From a virus (lineage: Duplodnaviria; Caudoviricetes): a stretch of 64,000 nt of DNA. Under the pieces are notes generated by a model. It saw only the letters and a program-made list of their open reading frames with translations. It was not told the DNA's origin and ran no database searches. Below, piece by piece: positions 19,690 to 28,068 of this stretch. The translations under genes were made by a program, and so were the position numbers. Positions within the stretch are counted from its first letter, which is position 1. Every line of letters starts with the position of its first letter. The DNA is taken from the IMG/VR virus record IMGVR_UViG_3300028591_000108, positions 32,001 to 96,000 of that record; one strand, 5' to 3'.

Positions 19690-20060
19690 GTTCCCGACAC
19701 CTCCCTATACGCCATTTTCCAAGCCGCGTGCAATGCTTCATGACTCGTAGGTTGCGGAATATTCCCAGTATAATAAGACAGAAGAGATTTATCTATTTGT
19801 CTATACTTTCTCAAATCATCATCGTATGCGGCAATCAGATTCAAAATACGCTTCTGATAGGTTTCAATCTCTTGAAGTTCTACATTTTTGTCCGGCCCAT
19901 CAGGAAGCATTTCTGCACTTCCTTTACACACAATAATCTTGTGACAATAGTTTCTCATCAATTGCTTATGCTCACACAGATTGTTTAACAGCTCTTTCAT
20001 GTGAATATCTTCACCGCTCCAAATTTCCTGCTCTTTCTTTCTTCCAAACATTTCTTTCAA
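19686..20060 (-). CDS. Hypothetical protein (inverted block)
   Basis: RBS AAAGGAG; minus-strand promoter 9 bp from palindrome 20119. Confidence 0.7.
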   Translation of the reverse strand: MKEMFGRKKEQEIWSGEDIHMKELLNNLCEHKQLMRNYCHKIIVCKGSAEMLPDGPDKNVELQEIETYQKRILNLIAAYDDDLRKYRQIDKSLLSYYTGNIPQPTSHEALHAAWKMAYREVSGT

Positions 20061-20169
20061 CTCCTTTCTGAGTACAGATACATTATAACAGAATATAAAG
20101 AAAAGTCAAGCACCCTCTTTAGATGTATTACATCTAACTTTAATAAGAGGAGCAAAACTCCTCTTCTCC

Positions 20170-20655
20170 TTAATATCCTAAGTCATAGCGCCCGTCTTCA
20201 TAATGTCCATATACCCAGTATTTCTTATACTCCGTATCGAACCAAGAAACATATCCACAATTTTTCAAATCATCCTTAAATTCTTCTTCAGTAAATTCAT
20301 CTCCGTCTGCCCAATACGCACCCTGCCGGAAAACTTTCCAGACCTCTTCCGGTACAAGATTGTGACGACCATAGCCCTTATAATGAGCGATTACGGTTGG
20401 CGCTACGTCTTCATGGTCTTCACAATCATTATCCCAATAATACAGCGCCATTCCCTCATTCATAGAATCTTCGTACTGCTTTACCAGTTCCGCTTCTTCA
20501 TTATCTACAAACTTATATACTTCAAACCGATAAGTCGGATGATTCTTATTAAACCAATCTTCCCAATCATTCACCAGAAACATCGGTTCACGATCAGCAT
20601 CACATTCATACTGGTCACCAAGTTCTACGCACTTTACAATCAGATACTTCGTCAT
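20170..20655 (-). CDS. Acidic hypothetical protein (inverted block)
   Basis: RBS AAAGGAG; promoter 9 bp from palindrome 20742. Confidence 0.8.
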   Translation of the reverse strand: MTKYLIVKCVELGDQYECDADREPMFLVNDWEDWFNKNHPTYRFEVYKFVDNEEAELVKQYEDSMNEGMALYYWDNDCEDHEDVAPTVIAHYKGYGRHNLVPEEVWKVFRQGAYWADGDEFTEEEFKDDLKNCGYVSWFDTEYKKYWVYGHYEDGRYDLGY

Positions 20656-20773
20656 TTTATAGCTCCTTTCGGTTTCTCAGTGTTTTCCTTCACTTCATGT
20701 CTGTATTATATCACAAGTATAGAAAAAGTCAAGCAACGCTTTTAGATGTATTACATCTAACTTCTCAAGACCG

Positions 20774-21178
20774 TCAGACAGTCTTGCAGTAGAAACACCA
20801 TTTAATATCAAAAACATATTTCAATTCAAATCCTTCAGTCTCTAATAAATGCCGCATCCCCATATTGTCGCTCCATGGCGTAGCTCCAATATTTCCATGC
20901 GCTATTTTTGCACATTCGTGTAGCGCAAAACGAGCTATACCTTTTCCCTGATTTTTCTTATTACAAATACATAATCTTTTGATAGCGGTATATCCATACT
21001 GTTCCTCTGGCACAAGAGATACTGTAGCCAGCACCTTTTCCCCTTCCGCAACGACGTATAATTTCTCATTACAATAATCTGCTTTTACCAACTCGGGAGT
21101 AATATAAGATAAGTCTTTACAATAAAGAGCTTTCACAACCTTTATCAAGTCGGTGCGAGTTGCCTGTCTAAATTCCAT
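20774..21178 (-). CDS. GNAT-family acetyltransferase
   Basis: IKRLCI...QGKGIA motif A; N..MRHLLETEGF. Confidence 0.8.
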   Translation of the reverse strand: MEFRQATRTDLIKVVKALYCKDLSYITPELVKADYCNEKLYVVAEGEKVLATVSLVPEEQYGYTAIKRLCICNKKNQGKGIARFALHECAKIAHGNIGATPWSDNMGMRHLLETEGFELKYVFDIKWCFYCKTV

Positions 21179-21390
21179 TTCTTCATCCCCTCTCGGTTGA
21201 TATCTATATTATACTCGAAAATAGAAAAAAGTCAATGGCCACTTTAGATGTATTACATCTAACTTTTCCTCTTGACAAATCAAATGTTCATGTGCTTCCG
21301 AACATTTCGCCCTAAATCTCTACTAATGTTTATTACTTGACATGTCGGCGCCTTATCCCATAAGCTACATTTCCGCTGTCAAGTACTTGA

Positions 21391-21635
21391 CAAGCTGCAT
21401 AAGCTGGAAAAGCTGGAATTCATGTTGGTGAGTTGCGGCTGAGAAGCTGCAAGCTGGACAAGCTGGAATTCCGTCGATGCCTCGAGATTATGCGCCGCCA
21501 GCTGCGAGCTGGAAACCTTATACGAGCTGGAGCCTCGAAAAATTAAATCCGCCGATTTTCGGCCCGCGGCAAGCTGTGATGTTCGGCTCACATATTGGAA
21601 CAACGCGGCCCTCCACAAGCTGGAATTCCGTCGGA
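21391..21635 (+). repeat. Strand-biased AGCTG(G) repeat cluster
   Basis: About 11 AGCTG copies in ~230 bp; ACAAGCTGGAATTCCGTCG present twice. Confidence 0.7.
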
Positions 21636-21748
21636 GTGAAAATTCGGGGCTCCGCCAGAAAAGAAAATTTATTACAAGTCAAATATTTGACTTTCGCGCA
21701 AATTTCGTGTATAATTATTATAGAAAAAGAGAAAAGGAGCTGGTAATT

Positions 21749-21940
21749 ATGGTAACGAGAACGTATTACTTTCCCCGCAATCAGATCGGCCGCTATCTCA
21801 TCAATTATATCTACGAGCGCGTTGGCTGCTCTATTGGCGACATTAAATGCCACCAGGAAACGCTGGCAGTGCCTATGACTTTTGCCGCGAAAGATGAAAT
21901 TAAAGTAATTAAAATTTTGGAACGATATGACCTCGCCTAA
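21749..21940 (+). CDS. Small hypothetical protein
   Basis: Promoter at 21687, RBS AAGGAG. Confidence 0.7.
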   Translation: MVTRTYYFPRNQIGRYLINYIYERVGCSIGDIKCHQETLAVPMTFAAKDEIKVIKILERYDLA

Positions 21941-22053
21941 TACTTGACTTTTTCAAAATTTTCTGTTATAATATAAGTGTTCCAAGGGAACAAGAATAAA
22001 AATTTGTGCAGGTGGGTCTGCCGTAACTAAACCCAAGAGTAAAAGGAGTAAAA

Positions 22054-22542
22054 ATGACTATTAATGAACTGAAAACTATCCTGTCCGGTATCGAAGGCGC
22101 TCAGAACGCTCGTGCTAACAAGACTAACTTTATCGTTGTCCCCTGTGAAGATGGTATTGCCAAGGTGAATATGCAGGTTGCACTCGCCAAGGATACCAAG
22201 AATCATACCGCTTTTAATCTGGAAGCTGCTATCGCAGAATATAAGGCTTGGGAAGCTGAAGGTGCCCTCCGTGCCGCTGAGCGTGCCGCAAAGCCCAAGG
22301 TTGTAAAGGGCCCGAACCCTGAAGCTCAGGCCAAGCGTGATGAACTGGATGCCAAGATTACTGCGCTACCTGCTTTCACTGAGTATACTGCGACCGATAT
22401 TTTCAACGCGCTGGCTGGTCAGCTGCCTGAGAATATGCTGGTCATGCAGATCGGTTCTGCTGCTAAGCGCCTTGTAAAGGCTGGCGTGCTGACCGTTTCT
22501 ACCAAGGATGGCGACAAGAAGTCTTACTACACCAAGGCTTAA
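22054..22542 (+). CDS. Protein with C-terminal winged-helix domain
   Basis: YTATDIFNAL...QIGSAAKRLVKAGVL...KSYY. Confidence 0.7.
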   Translation: MTINELKTILSGIEGAQNARANKTNFIVVPCEDGIAKVNMQVALAKDTKNHTAFNLEAAIAEYKAWEAEGALRAAERAAKPKVVKGPNPEAQAKRDELDAKITALPAFTEYTATDIFNALAGQLPENMLVMQIGSAAKRLVKAGVLTVSTKDGDKKSYYTKA

Positions 22543-22792
22543 TCCGTTTATGGGACTGCGCGAGCAGTCCTATTTTTTTTAATACGTCGATTGTATACAG
22601 TATACATATTTGACTTTTTTCCAAATTTATGGTATCATATTTATAGAATGGGAATATTGATTTGCTGGATACTAGCAAGCTGGAGACTGTGGATATGAAG
22701 GTAGTGGCGACATACGAATAAAAAGAAAGGGGTAGGCGCAATGCCTACCCCTTTTATTTATTAACTAATATTAAGAGTTAAACTAATCAATA

Positions 22793-24151
22793 TTATAGTA
22801 CATTTGTATCCTCCTTAGCTTCTACTAAAGCAAGAAAATCATTATCTTTTATTTCTGCGTCATGCCATTCACCAGTGATATAACACACCTGTTGCTATTT
22901 TCCTTTGATAGTACGTTTCTTCTATGTTACTGTATAACCAATAGCTGGAAGGCAATCGCGCAGACTATTCCAAGTCATAATCTTTGAATTATTTTTATTC
23001 GCTTTATCCAAGCTGGGGACGGCCATAAGTTCAGCTAATTCACGGCATTCGGGAATAGTAAGCCACCTATTTAAATACTCCTCTGGAATTTGAGAACATA
23101 ATGTTTTTAAATGACGCTAGTACTAAAATGTCTATCGCGGCGCTTGTATTCTATCATCAGCATCGTATGAATCTATAATAACATTATCAAAACGTTTGTC
23201 TATAATATTGATTCCGCGCGCCAAAGCTTTATTCACTACTACAAAATCATATTCCATAGGCACCATTCCTGTAGTAACAATAATATCATATACACGTTTT
23301 TGCTCGGCGTCCATCGGCTTATCAGTATTACTTAACGAATGTAATTCGATAGCGTTAAAGCCACGCTCGTTCGCCGCATTAACTATTCCTTGATTGGGCT
23401 CTATAAAAGGCGAATAGCACCAATAACCACGACCTGGCTCGGGCGTGAGTTTTTTAATATGAGTTACAATATTTGTAAAATAAATATCTGCGGCAATACG
23501 ATAACCTGCTTCTAGTTTACCTGTATTACTAGCGCTTACCAAGCTGGAATAATACTTCCTCGCACGCTCAGGAGTAGCAGATAAGCCAATACACAATATT
23601 CTTCCAGCATTAATAATTTCTTCCCATTTACCTAATAAAATAAGTGGAAGATACTCTTTCGTACTAGAATATGTTTGAATAACAGAAAGGATTTCAGCAT
23701 TTGAAAACTCTTTATCCTTTCTATTATAGTCCCGAGTGCGCGCGAGTTTAAAAGCCGAAGTTGCAAAATCAAAAATAGAATCGCATTCATCCCAACAAAT
23801 TACATCTACATTTTCCAAAAACTATCCCTAGCCTTTTAGTAATTTCATTCCGAAACCCTAGTAGCACATTACGCCAATCTTATTTGTTGTTTCTCCCCAA
23901 ATAGAGGGAGTCTCCCAGAATATGTCCGCATCTGCGCAGACATCCGAATATGATTCTAAAATGGAATCCTTGAGTGCGTTTGTATCTACTAGATATAATA
24001 CTCGATTCAGGGCCCCGTCTCGCGTATAATCCTATAAATGATTTACAGCCCAGTATGTTTTGCCTGTACGTGTGCCGCAATCCAAAATATTATACATGCC
24101 GCGGCGAAAAAATAATTTATTCTAAGCTGCTAAATCTGATACTGTTGTCAT
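22793..24151 (-). CDS. Superfamily 2 helicase (452 aa, TAG=Gln)
   Basis: One frame broken only by TAG: DCGTRTGKT (I), WDECD (II), LSATP (III), ARGINI (V); RBS GAGGTG. Confidence 0.8.
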
Positions 24152-24288
24152 TTACTTCACCTCTATTTTATTATATCAGAATTTCATTTTAAAGTCAAGT
24201 ATTTTTCTGTTATATAATATGAGAAAAAAGTAATCCCAAAACTTGTATATTTCATTTTATTTTAACAACTTTTTGTAATAAATAAATC

Positions 24289-24428
24289 GTAGTATTTTTT
24301 TTACTACCCCCTCCCCCCCTATATAGGTAGTAAAAAAAATACTACATTTTATTTACTATATATAATTTATATATAAATAATAAATTAACTGGAGCGAGCG
24401 TAGCGAGCGGAAGTTAATTTATTATTTA
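24289..24428. repeat. Two perfect inverted repeats in an AT-rich intergenic region (origin-like)
   Basis: GTAGTATTTTTTTTACTACC 24289 / complement 24326; TAAATAATAAATTAACT 24374 / complement 24412. Confidence 0.7.
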
Positions 24429-24974
24429 CGCGCCGCAGGCGCGACTAACAGTCAAACTTATAATTTGTCAAATACTTGACTTTTCTCAATTTATATGATA
24501 TAATAGAAAAAAAGAGAGAAAAAATAAGAAAAATATTTGACTTTTGCGAAAATTTGACGCACACACCCAAAAAATACCTATTTTCTTACAAAATTTTGTT
24601 GCAACTCGTAAAAATTTACTACCCCGACCCCTTTCCCATACCGGAAAATTTCGTAATTTCATTTCTTTTTCTTCTCTTTTATTTCGGGTGAAGATGTCCA
24701 CACTAGAAACCCAAAACTTGGCGTCATCCCACTACAAATCTATCGGGGTGATAGAATGTCATTATAGAGTATTTTATTAGATTTAAATGCTAACGATGGC
24801 CCAAATATTCCATAGCGCACACTTGCTGTCTATTGCGGTATTACATAGCCGCAACTTAATTAGTTTATGCGGACTGGGAGCGGCATTAGTGAAGAGAAGC
24901 AAGCGCAGGTTCGGAAGGGACTGGAAGAATTGGCGCTTGAGATTTATAGAACAGTTAAAGGAGACTAATTTGTT

Positions 24975-25463
24975 ATGAAGATACCTTTTTATGCGTTTTC
25001 ATATAAGAAATCCTATTACCTATTCCATCCATTAAAGTTCTTGGGAGAAATACGAACACTTATTAGTAACGTAAAACATCGCCTATTATATTCGTGGGAT
25101 TGGCCCTCTCTTTGGAACATGGATTCCTTTTTAGGGCAGCTCATACCCTCAATGCTTCGAGAATTGGCAGAAAGAAGTTGCGGCGCTCCCTGTGGTATTG
25201 AGGAAGAAGAATATAGGGAATACTTAATAGCGCTGGCGCATTTATTTGAACTTACAGGTATATACGAGTTTTGCGAAGATTATGAGGGCGCGCGAACTTC
25301 TTTGTTGAAGTTACATGACGAGAAATTTTCTAGCGTGGAGCGACTATACGCACGTGCGAAAGCCGCAATAGAAGATGACCCTGATCATTGGACAGTACCC
25401 CTTATTAAGTTTTGTTATACTGAACTCGGAGCTTTAGCCGCAAGAGGCTGGCTCTGGGATTGA
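24975..25463 (+). CDS. Hypothetical phage protein
   Basis: LWNMDSFL...GAP...LWD terminal motif. Confidence 0.75.
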   Translation: MKIPFYAFSYKKSYYLFHPLKFLGEIRTLISNVKHRLLYSWDWPSLWNMDSFLGQLIPSMLRELAERSCGAPCGIEEEEYREYLIALAHLFELTGIYEFCEDYEGARTSLLKLHDEKFSSVERLYARAKAAIEDDPDHWTVPLIKFCYTELGALAARGWLWD

Positions 25464-25602
25464 ACGATTCTGTACAAATCTTGGGGGTTTTCTAACATTT
25501 ATTAATACCTCCTTGGCGCCCTATCGAAAGATAGGGCACTTTTTTATTTGACTTTGGATAGAATTTAGAGTATAATAAGAATAGAAAAGGAGGTAAGTTG
25601 GA

Positions 25603-25824
25603 ATGTTGACTGCGAAAATTAAGTGGCGTAACGATGGAGTTTGGTATTGTAGTGAATGTATGGTAAGACAACCATGCTTGAGGGAAACGTGTGTCTTTTG
25701 CGGCAGTCTGTTTACGAACTTCGAGGATGAGTTAGTGCGCGCGAACGTTCATACCGAAGATGAAAGTACCGAAACTTTCTATCCTGAAGGGTTCGTAGAG
25801 ATGGGGAGGCGCATTATTAAGTGA
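25603..25824 (+). CDS. Zn-ribbon protein
   Basis: CSEC...CVFC; promoter and RBS AGGAGGT. Confidence 0.7.
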   Translation: MLTAKIKWRNDGVWYCSECMVRQPCLRETCVFCGSLFTNFEDELVRANVHTEDESTETFYPEGFVEMGRRIIK

Positions 25825-26015
25825 AAATAGAAGCAAAATATATTGGGCCTAACGGAAACTACAAGTTGGTTACTGGACATTTATATAAGATAAAGATATG
25901 GGTTCACAAGGATTGTATTTATGTTAAGCGCGGTAAGAAACTAATTATTGGATATACTAGTATTCCTGGCTTACTGCGGCATTGGAAGTTTACAGAAGAG
26001 GAGGAAACTAAATGA
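25821..26015 (+). CDS. Hypothetical protein
   Basis: Overlapping operon gene. Confidence 0.6.
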   Translation: MKIEAKYIGPNGNYKLVTGHLYKIKIWVHKDCIYVKRGKKLIIGYTSIPGLLRHWKFTEEEETK

Positions 26016-26395
26016 CTATTACAGGTTGGATTGTATGTATTATGTTTAGTCTTATGGCAGGTTTGGGTGCGTGGGGACTATGTGAAATGACTGACAGACC
26101 AGCGCTTGCTGTGGCAGCAGGCATCGTAGCAATAGTGCTAATATTTGGAATTGGTTTTTGGTATTGTAATAATACCGCAGATGGCAAGCGTGCAATGACG
26201 GATCAGTATGCGAACCTTTCTAATGGGCTTGAGCGCACGGTAACTGTTTATACAGCAGATGGCAAGGTATTAGCGCAGTACGAAGGCCGCATTGATATTG
26301 AGCAGAACGACGGCGGCTACGTTAAGTTTGACTTCGATGGGAAGCGATACATCTACTATAATTGTTTTGTTGAAAGTATTGCAGACTTGAGGTAA
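26012..26395 (+). CDS. Membrane-anchored hypothetical protein
   Basis: Two TM segments then GLERTVTVY..DG...YEGRIDI. Confidence 0.75.
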   Translation: MTITGWIVCIMFSLMAGLGAWGLCEMTDRPALAVAAGIVAIVLIFGIGFWYCNNTADGKRAMTDQYANLSNGLERTVTVYTADGKVLAQYEGRIDIEQNDGGYVKFDFDGKRYIYYNCFVESIADLR

Positions 26396-26398
26396 GAA

Positions 26399-26731
26399 AT
26401 GGACGGAAAGCTTTTAGGTAAGATAGATAGTGTACAGTTTGGCTTTGTGCGCGATTACCCTTTTCTATTTGGGCTACAATTAACTTTTAGTCTTAGCGAT
26501 GGTACTGGTGTTGGCACTGGCGCTAGGTATACTGTTAATATATCGGATACATGTAAATGGGATACGCCCGATGAGCGCGAAAAGACTATTACAAAGTTGA
26601 TAGATGAAATTGCTAGTATTATGAAGGATGCGAAAGTAGATAATATTAGTGAATTGAAGAGCAAGCCTGTTGAAGTTACCATTGAAGAGAATATGTTCGC
26701 GCAGTTTAGGATTCTTACGGAAGTGCTATGA
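26399..26731 (+). CDS. Hypothetical phage protein
   Basis: RBS GAGGT; intact ORF. Confidence 0.75.
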   Translation: MDGKLLGKIDSVQFGFVRDYPFLFGLQLTFSLSDGTGVGTGARYTVNISDTCKWDTPDEREKTITKLIDEIASIMKDAKVDNISELKSKPVEVTIEENMFAQFRILTEVL

Positions 26732-26876
26732 TTTGACAATTAAATAAATTTGGTGTATAATATGGGTAGATAGGAAAGGTCTACCCATTTATTTGTTATA
26801 TTATTAAAAAAATTTTTAATATTTAGAGAAATTATTATAATTTCATTTTAATCTTAACACAATTATAATGGAGGTG

Positions 26877-27083
26877 ATGACAGTGGATGATATCCTAAAA
26901 TTAAAACAATTAATTGATTTAGGTATTCCTGTAACAGTACTTGCGCGCGAATGCCATTGTACACCCGCAAGTATTCAAAACTATTTAATAGGTAAAAGTG
27001 TTCCATCTGGAAGTAAACAAATGGCTATTAAAGATGGATTGAGTCATATACTTAACGCTATAATACAAATTATTAAGGAGTGA
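26877..27083 (+). CDS. XRE/Cro-like HTH protein
   Basis: GIPVTVLARECHCTPASIQNYLIGKSVPS. Confidence 0.65.
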   Translation: MTVDDILKLKQLIDLGIPVTVLARECHCTPASIQNYLIGKSVPSGSKQMAIKDGLSHILNAIIQIIKE

Positions 27084-27088
27084 ATAGC

Positions 27089-27268
27089 ATGGAAGAGCGT
27101 AATTGTTACAAAGTGTTTACATGGAAGCTTGCTAACAAGCTTAGCGACTTGGGTTTTCGACCCATCGGTCAGCGATTAAATTATAAAGACCCAACGCGTA
27201 AGGTTATCCTTTTTGAAGATACACCTGAGTTACGGCAAGCTATTGAAAAGCTTACAAAGAAGGTGTAA
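27089..27268 (+). CDS. DUF5659-like small protein
   Basis: LANKLSDLGF...NYKDP...FEDTPELRQAI pattern. Confidence 0.55.
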   Translation: MEERNCYKVFTWKLANKLSDLGFRPIGQRLNYKDPTRKVILFEDTPELRQAIEKLTKKV

Positions 27269-27286
27269 GCAAGGAGGAGCATTATT

Positions 27287-27637
27287 ATGGCATCAAATAT
27301 TAGCACTGAAAGTAAAAAAGCTATCGCATTAACAAGCGATATAGATAAAGAAACTTATAATACAAGTAAACAAATATGGATTATATATCCAGATTTATTT
27401 CAAAAAATTAACGAAAAGATAGATGGAAAATCTGGAAATCAACGTACATTACTACTGTATCTTATTTTTCAACAACAGAATGGAACATTTAGGCCAGCAG
27501 AAGAAACTATTTGTAGATACTGTGCTATGCCACATGCCCGCTATAATGAAGCGCGAAAAGCATTAAATGAAAAGGGGTATATTACTTATATTCCTAATGA
27601 AAAAATTCAAATTAATTATAAAAATATTATGGAATAA
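27287..27637 (+). CDS. Winged-helix protein, replication-initiator-like HTH
   Basis: LLLYL...PAEETIC...ARKALNEKGYI; iteron-like array immediately downstream. Confidence 0.6.
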   Translation: MASNISTESKKAIALTSDIDKETYNTSKQIWIIYPDLFQKINEKIDGKSGNQRTLLLYLIFQQQNGTFRPAEETICRYCAMPHARYNEARKALNEKGYITYIPNEKIQINYKNIME

Positions 27638-27640
27638 CCA

Positions 27641-27786
27641 GTACGTTGAACGTACTGTACGGTGAACGTACACATTTTTATAATAAAATTAAAGGTGTAC
27701 GTTGAACGTACACCTGTACGGTGAACGTACAAAAATATTAGAGAAAAGTGTACGTTGAGCGTACAAAAAATAAACGTTCACCGTAC
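27641..27786. repeat. Iteron-like array of GTACG(T/G)TGAACGTAC
   Basis: Copies at 27641, 27657, 27697, 27716, 27750 and an inverted copy at 27772, with AT-rich spacers. Confidence 0.85.
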
Positions 27787-27879
27787 ACATAACATATAAT
27801 AACAAAATAAATATAAACAATATAATGCGGCGCATGCCCTTGCTGGCGCAAGGGCCGCCGCGGAATGGAGGAAATAAAA

Positions 27880-28068
27880 ATGCTAACCCATGTAACTGAA
27901 CCTACCAATATCAAGACCAAGCTAATCAAGAAATCCGACTATTATGAATGCCCCGAATGCCTTATTCACTTCGCGGCGGCGCCTAAATTTTGTTGGTTCT
28001 GCGGCGCCAAGTTTACTAATCTTTCCGAATGCACTGAGGTATTCCCGCGCGAGGAGGCAGATAAATGA
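27880..28068 (+). CDS. Zn-ribbon protein
   Basis: CPEC...FCWFCGAK. Confidence 0.7.
   Translation: MLTHVTEPTNIKTKLIKKSDYYECPECLIHFAAAPKFCWFCGAKFTNLSECTEVFPREEADK

Larger units (their letters stand above)
2633..21262. repeat. 36 dispersed copies of the 19-bp palindrome TTAGATGT-(AAT/ATT)-ACATCTAA delimiting gene cassettes
   Basis: Starts at 2633,2923,3246,3517,4004,4288,4664,4966,5256,5692,5969,6375,6704,7064,7419,7791,8160,8590,9351,10126,10685,11245,11880,12431,13303,14453,15062,15909,16798,17427 (GTT core),18013,18773 (TTAGATGTTTAACATCTAA),19370,20119,20742,21244; all intergenic; none seen outside this span. Confidence 0.97.

Noticed and set aside
3507-20279. ORF-track entries containing LDVIHLK or RCITSN (e.g. 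3507-, 5112+, 7230+, 11082+, 19345+, 20001+)
   Set aside because: These peptides are translations of the palindrome. The ORFs cross promoters and terminators and lack an RBS.
2633-21262. CRISPR array interpretation of the 19-bp repeats
   Set aside because: Intervening segments are about 270-1150 bp promoter-gene-terminator units rather than uniform short spacers, and no cas genes were seen.
2633-21262. Classical integron attC cassette array
   Set aside because: No intI is visible, the sites are short perfect dyads without attC R/L boxes or extrahelical bases, and the cassettes carry their own promoters. The analogy is architectural only.
24476-24978. Short ORFs in the AT-rich region after the helicase
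   Set aside because: They are low-complexity, lack a convincing RBS and overlap promoter-like and origin-like elements.
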